Source of the DNA: an uncultured Chloroflexia bacterium
Lineage (GTDB): Bacteria; Chloroflexota; Limnocylindria; Limnocylindrales; CSP1-4
NCBI GenBank assembly: GCA_963840375.1
Contig: CAWIYR010000001.1
Coordinates: 588,810-652,809, forward strand
Reading direction: 5' to 3'
Length of the DNA: 64,000 bases
Below, in pieces: positions 29,619 through 38,657 of this stretch. The notes beneath the pieces are model-generated. The model saw only the letters and a list, made by a program, of their open reading frames with translations, ran no database searches and had not been told where the DNA came from. Both the position numbers and the translations under genes were made by a program. Each line of letters begins with the position of its first letter. The first letter of the stretch is position 1.

Positions 29619-29993
29619 TCAGCGTTCGGCAGACAGGGTGGCCTCGGCGACCGAGGCGATGACGACGACGAACAGGGCGATCGGCAGGCTGAACGCACCC
29701 TGCAGGCGAAGGACGACGAAGACCGCCACCACCACGGCCACCCAGGCGCCCCGGCGCGCCGCCCGGACCCAGTCACCGCGGTAGGCGATCCGGCCGTGCC
29801 GGCCGAAGACGGCCAGCCAGAAGAGCGGGACACAGGTCAGCCCGATGGCGATCCCCATGAGGAGGGCGCCGAGCAGCCCGGCCGCGGAGTCCGTCCTGGG
29901 ATCGCGGGTGGTCACGACGAGCCCGACCAGCAGCCAGGCGACGGCGGCCGCGCCGAAGATCGCCAGGTTCGTCATCCGGTCGCGTGCTTCCAT
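29619..29993 (-). CDS. Hypothetical 4-TM membrane protein
   Basis: Four hydrophobic segments and an RRG motif. -10 TAGACT lies 8 nt before the ATG. Confidence 0.75.
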   Translation of the reverse strand: MEARDRMTNLAIFGAAAVAWLLVGLVVTTRDPRTDSAAGLLGALLMGIAIGLTCVPLFWLAVFGRHGRIAYRGDWVRAARRGAWVAVVVAVFVVLRLQGAFSLPIALFVVVIASVAEATLSAER

Positions 29994-30004
29994 CGCGCCG
30001 GAGT

Positions 30005-30829
30005 CTAGCCCGCCAGGGCCGCTTCGAGGTCGAGGAGTCGCTCCAGCTCGAGGTCGGGCACGATCCCGTCGGCGCCGGCGTGGCCCGTCCCGGGGGGCGA
30101 GCTCGAGGGCAGCGGTGAGTCGACCGGCCGATCGCGCAGCCAGGCGGCCCCCCAGCCGGCCCGCTTCGCTCCCACGACATCGGCCGCCCAGTCGTCGCCG
30201 ACATGGAGGATGTCCGGTCCGGCCACGCCGATCTCCGCCTCGACGACCCGGAAGATCCGCGGGTCCGGCTTGATCGTCCCGACCCGCTGCGAGACGACGA
30301 CCGCACGAAGGTGAGGCGCCCAGCCGGCGGCCGCCACGTAGCGATCGATCGTCGCCGCGAGCGGCCAGTTGGAGCAGATCGCCAGGACGTACCGGTCGGC
30401 CAATCGGGCGAGGAGCGGGCCCACCTCGTCCGGTGGGGGCAGCGACTCGACGAAGGCAGCGCTGTAGACGTCCACGGCGAAGGCGATCTCGGCGGCGCTG
30501 GACAGACCGGCGGCAGCCGCGTCATCCCAGCGCTCGGCCGGCCCGGGGGTCGCCATGCCCCGCATCCGGGCGAGGACCCGTGCCACCCGTTGGGTGAGGT
30601 CGACCTCGCGCATCGCCGGCACGTCCTCGGCGAACTGGCGATCGCGCTCCTCGGCCCAGGCGGCCGCGAAGGCCGCATGATCGAACGGTCCGCAGCGGTC
30701 GGCGACCGCGATCGTCGTCCGCTCCACGACGGTCCGCAGGTCCGCCCGGCGCACCGGGACGAGGGTGTTCCCGAAGTCGAAGCTGATCGCCCTCGGGGCG
30801 CGGCCGGACGGGTACGCGGCGAAGGTCAC
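30005..30829 (-). CDS. HAD-superfamily hydrolase
   Basis: SFDFGNTL, CSN, KPDPRIF and HVGDDWAADVVGA motifs. Confidence 0.9.
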   Translation of the reverse strand: MTFAAYPSGRAPRAISFDFGNTLVPVRRADLRTVVERTTIAVADRCGPFDHAAFAAAWAEERDRQFAEDVPAMREVDLTQRVARVLARMRGMATPGPAERWDDAAAAGLSSAAEIAFAVDVYSAAFVESLPPPDEVGPLLARLADRYVLAICSNWPLAATIDRYVAAAGWAPHLRAVVVSQRVGTIKPDPRIFRVVEAEIGVAGPDILHVGDDWAADVVGAKRAGWGAAWLRDRPVDSPLPSSSPPGTGHAGADGIVPDLELERLLDLEAALAG

Positions 30830-30839
30830 GGCGTGGTCC

Positions 30840-33800
30840 TCAGCGGACCGCGCTCGCCGGGCAGATGTCCCGGAAGGCGCAGTAGGTACACGTCCGCAGG
30901 TCCGGGGTCGGGGTGAAGTCGCGGGCCCGGATCCCGGCCGCGGCCGTCGCGATCCGCTCGCGGGCGCGAACCAGCCGCTTCTCGTCCACCTCCGCCCGAC
31001 CGACCAGGCCGGTCTCGAGGAAGTGGAGCTGGACGGCATCTGGGAGCCGTCCGGTCATCGCCTCGTAGGCCATCGCGTAGATCGACAGCTGGAGCGACTC
31101 GCGAGCCCGCTGGCGCGCCTTCGCCGGGTCGCGGACGTCACTCGACTTGTAGTCGGTGATCGTGACCCGCTCCGGGGGCAGCAGCGGCAGGGTCGGCTCG
31201 ACGACGTCGGCCGATCCCGGGCCGGCCGTGGCTCCGGCCGAGCCGGCAGGGACTCCGGCCGAGCCGGCCGCCGCATCGTCGAGCGGCTCGACATCGACCC
31301 GATCCCAGCGACCCCGGATCCGGTCGCCGTCCAGGCTGAAGCTGAACTCCCGCTCGACGTACGTCGGGATGACGGCGCCCGGCCGGAGCTGCTCCTCGCG
31401 GAACCGCCGGAGCGCGGTCCGACCGGCCTCGAGCCGCGCCTCTTCGTGCTCCCGGGTGATGAAGCCCTCGTTCGTCCAGGCGGCCTCGAAGGCGGCCGTG
31501 AGCTCCGCCTCGGTCATGACCTCACCGCGGGCCTGGCGACGGTGGAATTCCTGGACGGCACGATGGAGCGCAGCGCCGTAGACCATCGAATGATGGGGCG
31601 CGACCGGAACGCGGAGGACGTGGGCGTAGCGGTACTTCCTGGGGCAGCCCAGGTAGTCGTCGACCTGACCGAAGCTCAGGCTCAGCGGCTCCCCGACCGG
31701 TGCCACCCGGACGACTGCCGGCGCCTCCGGCTCGGCGAACGCCGCGACCCGCTGGAGGGGCGAGCCAGCCCGGACACCCGCGATGGCCGGGTCGACCGTC
31801 TGCAGGTCGAGTGCCTCGAGCACGAACGGCGAGACGCGCCGCGTTCGCCGGCCGCCGTAGTCGGCTGCCCCGGTCAGGACCAGCTCGTCCCGAGCCCGGG
31901 TCATCGCGACATAGAACAGGCGCCGCTCTTCGCGCAGGTGGGCGTCACCCTCCACCGCGGCCATCGCCAGCAGCTCCCCGGGGATCGCCAGCGGGTCGCG
32001 TCGGTCGGCGGCCGGGAACCGGCCGTCGACGAGCCCGGCCAGGAAGACGACCGGGAACTCGAGGCCCTTCGCCTTGTGGACCGTGAGGACGGCCGTCGCG
32101 TCGACGTCGTCGTCGATGTCCGCCGTCGCCGGGTCGTCACCCGCCTCGATGAGCGTGGCCAGGTGGCGGACCACGAACGCCGGACGATCGTCGGCGAGGA
32201 GTGCCGAACGCGACCGGACGATCTCGAAGAAGCGGGCGATGTTCTGGAGCGCCTCCTCGTCGCCGGGCTCGTCCGCGGCCGCGAGGCGGGCGAGGATCCC
32301 GGTGTCCCGGAGGAACGCGTAGAGGACCTCGCCGGCGGGGCGGGCGTGGGCGAGCCGGGTCCACTCGCGCAGGTCGGCCACCAGGCGCTTCACCCGGGCC
32401 CGGGTGTCCGGGGCCACGCGGAGGAGTCCCGGCTGCCGATCGAGCTCCTCGAGGACCTCCCAGACGGAACGGTTGCGCCGCCGGGCGCTGGCGACGATGT
32501 CGGTCAGGTCCTCGCCCGCCAGGCCGTACACGTCCGAGGCCGCGAGGGCATACACATCGACGCTCGAATCAAGGTCCGCGACCGCCCGCAGGAATGCCAG
32601 GAGCAGCCGGATCTCGGGCCGCGCATAGAGCCCCGATGCGCCCGAGAACCGCCATGGGACCCCGGCCGCGTTGAGACTGCGCAGGATCGGGTCGGCCTCG
32701 GCGTTCGCCCGGACGAGGATCGCATGGTCGCGCGGGCGGGCCCCTCGAGCGACCCGACCGGCGATCTCCCGAGCGATCCAGTCGGCTTCCTCGGCCCCGG
32801 TCGCGAACGCCTCGTGTCGCACGGCCGGGACCCGCCGCCCGGGGCGCGGCTCCGGGCGCTGCGGGCGGAGCCGCTTGTCGATCCCCGCCCGGACCTCGAG
32901 GCGATCCGGATCGTTGAACCGGATGAGCCGCCGGCTCGCATCGAGGATCCCGGCCCGGGAGCGGTAGTTCCGGCGCAGGACCACCATCCGCGCATCGGGG
33001 TAGCGATCCCGGAAGGCGACGATGTTGCCCGTCGCCGCACCTCGGAAGCGATAGATCGCCTGGTCGTCGTCCCCCACCACCATCACGTTCCGGTGGGGCT
33101 CGACGATGAGCTCCACGAGCGCGGCCTGGGCCCGGTTCGTATCCTGGAACTCGTCGACCAGGACGTAGCGGAACCGCCGCTGGACATCGCGCCGGGCGGC
33201 CGGCTGGTCGCGCAGCAGACGGAGGGCCAGCGCGACCTGGTCCCCGAAATCGAGACAGCCCGCCTCGCCGAGGAGGACCTGGTAGCGGGCATAGGCCCGG
33301 GCGAGCTCGAGCAGGCGGGCCGCCTCCTCGGACGCCGCCGCGGCCGCCTCACGGTCCTCGTCCGACGCACCGGTCTCCGACGCGAGGTCGACGAGCAGCT
33401 CCGCGTCGGCGGTCGCCCGGTCGGCATGAGCGAGGTAGGTCGCCGGGTCGATGTCCTCGTCCTTGAGCCGGCTGAAGTGGGCGGCGAGCGCGCCGAGGAA
33501 ACGGGTCGGATCCCCGAGCGGCCGGTACCGGTCGAGGTCGAGCTGGAAGAGCCGCTCACGGAGGAAGATGACGACCTCGGCCCGGGACAGCACCCGGACC
33601 TCCGGGGGCAGGCCGAGTTCGAGGGCGTACTCCCGGATGAGCCGGTCCCCGAAGGCGTGGAAGGTGTGGATCGCCGTGTCCGTGTAGCCGTACGGCACGA
33701 GCTGATCCACCCGGACCTGCATCTCGGCCGACGCCTTGTCCGTGAACGTGAGGGCAAGGATCTCCGAGGGCCGCGCGCGTCGGGTCGCGATGAGCCAGGC

Positions 33801-34091
33801 GATCCGACGGGTGACGACCTGGGTCTTGCCGGTCCCGGCACCGGCTACGACGAGCAGCGGTCCGTCGCCGTGACCGACCGCCCGGAGCTGCTCGCGGTCG
33901 AGCCCGTCGAGCAGGGCCGCCAGCCCGGTCGGGGTCGTGTCGGCAGCGTCCGGCCCCGGGGCGACCGCGGGCTCCGACCAGACCGGGATCTGCTCGAGCG
34001 CCCGCGGCGCGCGACGTCGTCGGGTCGCGGTCACGGCGCGCTGGGGACGCGGCGACGGGGAACGTGGGGCGGCGGCTGCAGCAGGGGGCAT
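30840..34091 (-). CDS. UvrD/PcrA-type SF1 helicase fused to a C-terminal PD-(D/E)XK nuclease with Fe-S cysteines (AdnA/B- or AddA/B-like)
   Basis: AGAGTGKT, LTFT, VDEFQD, GDDDQAIYRFRGA, TVHKAKGLEF, YVAMTRA, then CPRKY, GRWDRVD, DYKS, QLSIY and CTYCAFRDIC. Confidence 0.92.
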   Translation of the reverse strand: MPPAAAAAPRSPSPRPQRAVTATRRRRAPRALEQIPVWSEPAVAPGPDAADTTPTGLAALLDGLDREQLRAVGHGDGPLLVVAGAGTGKTQVVTRRIAWLIATRRARPSEILALTFTDKASAEMQVRVDQLVPYGYTDTAIHTFHAFGDRLIREYALELGLPPEVRVLSRAEVVIFLRERLFQLDLDRYRPLGDPTRFLGALAAHFSRLKDEDIDPATYLAHADRATADAELLVDLASETGASDEDREAAAAASEEAARLLELARAYARYQVLLGEAGCLDFGDQVALALRLLRDQPAARRDVQRRFRYVLVDEFQDTNRAQAALVELIVEPHRNVMVVGDDDQAIYRFRGAATGNIVAFRDRYPDARMVVLRRNYRSRAGILDASRRLIRFNDPDRLEVRAGIDKRLRPQRPEPRPGRRVPAVRHEAFATGAEEADWIAREIAGRVARGARPRDHAILVRANAEADPILRSLNAAGVPWRFSGASGLYARPEIRLLLAFLRAVADLDSSVDVYALAASDVYGLAGEDLTDIVASARRRNRSVWEVLEELDRQPGLLRVAPDTRARVKRLVADLREWTRLAHARPAGEVLYAFLRDTGILARLAAADEPGDEEALQNIARFFEIVRSRSALLADDRPAFVVRHLATLIEAGDDPATADIDDDVDATAVLTVHKAKGLEFPVVFLAGLVDGRFPAADRRDPLAIPGELLAMAAVEGDAHLREERRLFYVAMTRARDELVLTGAADYGGRRTRRVSPFVLEALDLQTVDPAIAGVRAGSPLQRVAAFAEPEAPAVVRVAPVGEPLSLSFGQVDDYLGCPRKYRYAHVLRVPVAPHHSMVYGAALHRAVQEFHRRQARGEVMTEAELTAAFEAAWTNEGFITREHEEARLEAGRTALRRFREEQLRPGAVIPTYVEREFSFSLDGDRIRGRWDRVDVEPLDDAAAGSAGVPAGSAGATAGPGSADVVEPTLPLLPPERVTITDYKSSDVRDPAKARQRARESLQLSIYAMAYEAMTGRLPDAVQLHFLETGLVGRAEVDEKRLVRARERIATAAAGIRARDFTPTPDLRTCTYCAFRDICPASAVR

Positions 34092-34141
34092 GCCGTCATC
34101 CTCGGCGCGAGGCGTGACAGCTCACCCGTCACGTCACCGGG

Positions 34142-34684
34142 TCAGCGCCCGCCGACCCCGGTCGTGACCCGTTCCTGGAGCGCGACCCGCCCGGCGGTCG
34201 CACCCCGCGCGAGGGTCAGGGCCTGGGTCTCCTCCTCGGACAGGGCGGCTTCCGGCCGGCCCGCGGCGATGGCCTTGGCATAGATCCGCGTTCCGCCCCG
34301 GGCGTGCAGGCTGCTGATCACGATCCCGTCGTCGTCGGCGTCGAGGAGGGCCAGCGCGAAGCTCTGGTTGCCGCCGGTATCCTCGAACGGGTTGTACCGG
34401 ACGAGCCCGATCCGCTGGAGCGCCTTCCGGCCGCGCTTCTCGAGAGCGCCGGTCCGGACGGCCAGCTCGGCCACCTCGGACGAGAGCTGGACGACCTGGC
34501 CGATGCTCGCCCCGAGGACATCCTCGAGGCTGTCGCCGTCGTTCCCACGGGTCAGGATGTCGAGCCGCCGCCCGAGCGCCGCCGCCCGGCGCCAGGCCAG
34601 GACGGCGGCCGCCAGCGCCACGATGAGGAGGACGAGGAGGACGACGAGGAGCGGCCCGCTGGACTCCTGGACGGACACGGTCAC
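34142..34684 (-). CDS. DUF4446 family protein
   Basis: N-terminal TM, then GLVRYNPFEDTGGNQSFALALLD...SSLHAR...YAK. Promoter TGCTAGACT at 34718-34726. Confidence 0.85.
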   Translation of the reverse strand: MTVSVQESSGPLLVVLLVLLIVALAAAVLAWRRAAALGRRLDILTRGNDGDSLEDVLGASIGQVVQLSSEVAELAVRTGALEKRGRKALQRIGLVRYNPFEDTGGNQSFALALLDADDDGIVISSLHARGGTRIYAKAIAAGRPEAALSEEETQALTLARGATAGRVALQERVTTGVGGR

Positions 34685-34833
34685 GTGGGGGGATGGCCTC
34701 CGGCTTCGGGGTCCCCGAGTCTAGCAGGTGACCCCTCCCGGGGCCCCGGATCCGATGCGGTGCTATCCTCTCGCGCGGTGGCCCGGCCGCCGCCTCGCGA
34801 CCACCGTCGACCCCCGGAGGAACCCACAGGCCC

Positions 34834-35160
34834 ATGGCCAAACGAGCCCGCGGCACATCCCGACCCGGCCAGCGCCGCCCGCCGCAGCGGAGCGCGCCGC
34901 GCCCCGCGGCGAGCGCTGGACCTGCGCCGGCCGTGACCGAGACTCCCGTCGCCGGGCCTGTCGGCCCGTCGGTGGCCGCGCCGGCACCGACCCGCACCCG
35001 GTCGCGCGAAGCGTCCGGGACATTCAGCGCGTCGGCCGCCCAGGAATATGCCTACGTCCGCTCGGACCTGCGCCGGATCGCCCGGGTCGCGACCGGGCTG
35101 TTCGGCGTGATGTTCCTCCTGTTCCTGCTCATCGACGTCCTGGGTGTCATCAAGCTCTGA
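34834..35160 (+). CDS. Hypothetical tail-anchored membrane protein
   Basis: Basic/Pro-rich N-terminus, EYAYVRSDLRRIA helix and a C-terminal TM. SD present, with promoter TGCTATCCT at 34761-34769. Confidence 0.75.
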   Translation: MAKRARGTSRPGQRRPPQRSAPRPAASAGPAPAVTETPVAGPVGPSVAAPAPTRTRSREASGTFSASAAQEYAYVRSDLRRIARVATGLFGVMFLLFLLIDVLGVIKL

Positions 35161-35207
35161 GCCCCGGACCGCCCGGCGGTCGCCGCGACCGGTCGTAGAC
35201 TGACCCC

Positions 35208-36722
35208 GTGCCGAGCCGCAAGCCGTCGTCCGACCAGGCAGCCCTGTTCCAGCCCCCGCCGGGACGCCAGCCGCTGGCCGCCCGGATGCGTCCGACGAGC
35301 CTGGACGCGTTCGTCGGGCAGGGCCATCTCGTGGGCGAGCGAGGTCCGCTCCGACGAGCGGCCGAGCGCGGGTATCTCGGCTCGATCCTCCTGTGGGGGC
35401 CGCCCGGCACCGGGAAGACCACCCTCGCCCGGATCCTGGCCGATGCGGTGGAGGCCCGGTTCGTCACCCTGTCCGCGGTGATGAGCGGGATCGCCGAGAT
35501 CCGGGCGGCGGTCGCGGCCGCGCGAGAGCGACTGACGATGGACGGTGGCCGGACGATCCTGTTCATCGACGAGATCCACCGGTTCAACAAGGCGCAGCAG
35601 GACGGATTGCTGCCGCACGTCGAGGACGGTACGATCACCCTCGTCGGTGCGACGACCGAGAACCCGTACTTCGAGGTCAACGGCGCGCTCCTCTCGCGGT
35701 TGCGGGTCTGGCGGCTCGAGCCGCTCTCGGACGAGGACGTCGCGACGGTCGTCCGGCGGGCCCTCGGCGACCCGGAACGAGGTCTGGCCGGTGCGCTGGG
35801 GCCGGACGGCGGCGTCGCCCTGGCCGACGACGCGTTCGATCACCTCGTCAGCCTCGCCGGCGGCGACGCGCGCCAGGCCCTCAATGTCCTCGAAGGAGCG
35901 GTCGCCCTGGCCGAGGCGGAGGACGTGCGTGACGTCGAGGGCCGGGTGTCGCCGCGGCTGGCCGACGTGGAGGCGGCGGCGCAGCAACGGATCCTGGCCT
36001 ACGACCGGGCCGGCGACGGTCACTACGACACCGCCTCGGCGTTCATCAAGAGCATCCGCGGCAACGACCCCGACGGCGCCCTGTACTGGCTGGCCACGAT
36101 GATCGCCGCCGGCGAGGATCCCCGGTTCATCGTCCGGCGGCTCATCATCTCGGCGTCCGAGGACGTCGGGAACGCCGACCCGCGGGGCCTCCAGGTCGCC
36201 GTCGCAGCAGCGGCCGCCCTCGACCACGTCGGCCTGCCCGAGGCCCAGTACGCCCTCGCCCAGGCCACCACCTACCTCGCGACCGCCCCGAAGTCGAACC
36301 GCTCCGGCACGGCCTACTGGGCGGCCGTCGCCGACCTCGACGAGCATGGTGCGCTGCCGGTCCCGCTCCACCTCCGGAGCGCCGGCCACCGCGGTCTCAA
36401 GCATCACGGGCACGGTGTCGGCTACCGATACCCGCCGGACTACGCGGGCTCCGACGTCGAGCAGGGCTACCTCCCCGACACGCTCGCCGACCGACGCTAC
36501 TACCGACCGATCGACCAGGGCTACGAGGTGACGATCGGCAACCGGATGGCGGCTCGGACCGACGCCCGCGAAGCCGCCCGCGAGCGCGGCCGGACCGCTC
36601 GGGAGCCGGTCCCCGGACCGACCGCCGACGGGATGAAGGCCGGCGGCTCGATCATGCGGACTCGCGAGGAGAGCCGGCGTCGCCTGGCCGAGACCGAGAA
36701 GCGCGACGCCGACCAGGTCTAG
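35208..36722 (+). CDS. rarA: Replication-associated recombination protein A (RarA/MgsA)
   Basis: [47 protein letters not shown] and SEDVGNAD motifs. Confidence 0.96.
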   Translation: MPSRKPSSDQAALFQPPPGRQPLAARMRPTSLDAFVGQGHLVGERGPLRRAAERGYLGSILLWGPPGTGKTTLARILADAVEARFVTLSAVMSGIAEIRAAVAAARERLTMDGGRTILFIDEIHRFNKAQQDGLLPHVEDGTITLVGATTENPYFEVNGALLSRLRVWRLEPLSDEDVATVVRRALGDPERGLAGALGPDGGVALADDAFDHLVSLAGGDARQALNVLEGAVALAEAEDVRDVEGRVSPRLADVEAAAQQRILAYDRAGDGHYDTASAFIKSIRGNDPDGALYWLATMIAAGEDPRFIVRRLIISASEDVGNADPRGLQVAVAAAAALDHVGLPEAQYALAQATTYLATAPKSNRSGTAYWAAVADLDEHGALPVPLHLRSAGHRGLKHHGHGVGYRYPPDYAGSDVEQGYLPDTLADRRYYRPIDQGYEVTIGNRMAARTDAREAARERGRTAREPVPGPTADGMKAGGSIMRTREESRRRLAETEKRDADQV

Positions 36723-36745
36723 TTCGGCCCCGCGGGACCCGGCGC

Positions 36746-37036
36746 TCAGTACGCCTCGGACTCGACGATATCCACGATCCGGGCTCGCGGCGAGCCACCC
36801 AGGGCCGGCCCGGCCTGGGGCGAACGCCACAGCTCCTCGAGGGCGAGCTTGAAGGCCTCGGCCGTCGGTCGATCGTCGAACTCCAGGTCGACCGCGATGT
36901 AGCGCGGGTCGTCGACCGGGCGGAAGATCCGGTAGGCACGCACGCCGGACGCCTCGCGCCGGACCGGATCGCGGTCGAACGCGGCCTTCCACGTCTCGTA
37001 GTCGCGGACGGGATGCTCGATCTGGACGACGGTCAC
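36746..37036 (-). CDS. Small ferredoxin-like/ABM-type hypothetical protein
   Basis: HPVRDYETWKAAFD...RAYRIFRPVDDP...VDLEF. GGAGGAG SD before GTG at 37036. Divergent from tetR. Confidence 0.75.
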   Translation of the reverse strand: MTVVQIEHPVRDYETWKAAFDRDPVRREASGVRAYRIFRPVDDPRYIAVDLEFDDRPTAEAFKLALEELWRSPQAGPALGGSPRARIVDIVESEAY

Positions 37037-37068
37037 GACAGGCTCCTCCCGGACGTCGATCCGGTTGC

Positions 37069-37104
37069 TACAGTGGAACTGTATCAATGATGTGATACTG
37101 TATC
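37069..37104. promoter_or_regulatory. Two palindromic operators (probable TetR sites) overlapping divergent promoters
   Basis: TACAGT-gga-ACTGTA (37069-37083) and GATAC-t-GTATC (37094-37104) share an ACTGTATC core. AT-rich island in GC-rich DNA. Confidence 0.7.
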
Positions 37105-37107
37105 GAC

Positions 37108-37776
37108 ATGCCGCCAGCTGTCAAGCCAGCACGGAAGGCCGAATTCCCCCGTCGTCGGGCACGGGCACGGGAGACCCGCCGGCGCATCCTCGAGGCGGCC
37201 CGCACGCTGTTCGTCGAACGGGGCTACGTCGCCACCACCATCGAGGCGGTCGCCGAGCGCGCCGGCGTCTCGCCCGAGACGATCTACGCGACCTTCCGCA
37301 ACAAGCGCTCGATCCTTGCGGAGGTCGTCGATGTCGCGATCGCGGGCGGCCCTGACGCGCCGCCGATCCTCGACCAGGGCTGGGTCGACGAGCTGCGAAC
37401 CACGCCCGAGCTCCGCGACCGGGTCCGGATCCTGGCCGGCCACGGCCGGGCGATCCTCGAGGGGCGATCCGATGTGGACGAGGTCGTCCGCGCCGCGGCT
37501 GCGTCCGACCCGGAGATCGCGACACTCCGCGACCGGGGCCGGGCCGATCGCTACGCGGGTCAGCGCGTGCTCCTTCGGATGACCCTCGGCCCGGAAGGGA
37601 CGGGGCGGGCCGTCGATCCGGAGACGGCCGCCGACATCCTGTATGCGATCGGCAGCCCTGAGGTCTTCCGGCTGCTCGTCGTCGATCGGGGGTGGAGCGG
37701 CGACCGGTTCGAGCGGTGGTACGGCGACACGATCGAGCGACTGCTCCTGGGCGAGGACCGGCCGACACCAGCCTGA
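37108..37776 (+). CDS. TetR/AcrR family transcriptional regulator
   Basis: ILEAARTLFVERGYVATTIEAVAERAGVSPETIYATFRNK HTH. Confidence 0.93.
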   Translation: MPPAVKPARKAEFPRRRARARETRRRILEAARTLFVERGYVATTIEAVAERAGVSPETIYATFRNKRSILAEVVDVAIAGGPDAPPILDQGWVDELRTTPELRDRVRILAGHGRAILEGRSDVDEVVRAAAASDPEIATLRDRGRADRYAGQRVLLRMTLGPEGTGRAVDPETAADILYAIGSPEVFRLLVVDRGWSGDRFERWYGDTIERLLLGEDRPTPA

Positions 37777-37845
37777 CGACGATGCCCTGACGGATCCCGG
37801 GCTCCGTCCGCAGGGCGCGGTCGCCCGCCGCAGGCGCCGAGGTGC

Positions 37846-38259
37846 CTACGGCTCGAGATCGAGGGCCCGGACGTGACGCGGCCGGAAGATCGCGATCGGG
37901 CGGCGATCGAAGGTCGCGATCCGACGCACGCCGAGCCGCTCCGCCGTCGCGACGAGGAGCGCCTCCGGCAGGCGAGGGTGGTGCTCGGCGGCCTCGACGA
38001 GCAGCTCCGAGGCCCGCACGAGATCCTCCCGGGTCGGGGCCACCAGGCGGATGCTCCCCGAGGTCAGTGCCTCGAGCACGGCGAGCGTGGCCCGCTGGTC
38101 GAGCTCGCGCTGGAGGACGTGGTCGACCTCGGCCAGGGTGAGCGCGCCGAGGAGGAGCGGCTCGCCGACCCGCTGGAACCAGGCCACGGCAGACGCGTGG
38201 TTGAGGTCGGCTGCATCGGCGGCGGCGACGATCGCGCTGGTGTCCAGGAGGGCAGCCAT
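37846..38259 (-). CDS. vapC: PIN-domain (VapC) toxin
   Basis: LLDTSAIVA, TLAEVD, LPEALLVATAE and ATFDRR acidic PIN motifs. Confidence 0.88.
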   Translation of the reverse strand: MAALLDTSAIVAAADAADLNHASAVAWFQRVGEPLLLGALTLAEVDHVLQRELDQRATLAVLEALTSGSIRLVAPTREDLVRASELLVEAAEHHPRLPEALLVATAERLGVRRIATFDRRPIAIFRPRHVRALDLEP

Positions 38260-38260
38260 C

Positions 38261-38551
38261 TCAGCGGGGCGGGCGTCCCGGACGGCCTGGGCCGGGGTCG
38301 CCGGTCCGGCCCTCGCGACGGCCGAACTCCCGGCGGACGATCGAGCGGCCGTCGAGCGAGAGCCGGCCGTGGCCGCTCCTCCCGACCGCCACGAAGGGCA
38401 GGTCCGGGGGAGTCTCGGTGGCCTCGAGGTACGCCTCCAGGGCGGCCACGATGATCGCGGTCTTCGTCGTCCGCCGGCGTCGGGCGAGGCGCTCGACGCG
38501 CTCGAGCAGGTCGCCCTCGGCGAGGATCGTCGTCCGTCTCGTCTCGGTCAT
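38261..38551 (-). CDS. vapB: Ribbon-helix-helix (CopG-like) antitoxin
   Basis: MTETRRTTILAEGDLLERVERLARRRRTTKTAIIVAALEAYL. Ends 1 nt before the vapC start. Confidence 0.82.
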   Translation of the reverse strand: MTETRRTTILAEGDLLERVERLARRRRTTKTAIIVAALEAYLEATETPPDLPFVAVGRSGHGRLSLDGRSIVRREFGRREGRTGDPGPGRPGRPPR

Positions 38552-38657
38552 AGGACGACATATATACCTCGGTGGCGAGGATCGTGCCTGCCATGCGACC
38601 ATCCCGACCACCGTCCGCTCGGCGACCCCGTCCCGACCCCCGCCAGGAGGCCGCACC

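Noticed and set aside
30765-34283. Very long ORFs overlapping real genes (e.g. 30765-34283+, 59456-62230+, 7899-9569+, 15209-18157-, 39536-41836-, 44609-47452+)
   Set aside because: These are antisense or alternate-frame shadows of motif-bearing genes. Stops are rare at this GC content, and the products are Arg/Pro/Gly-rich with no motifs.
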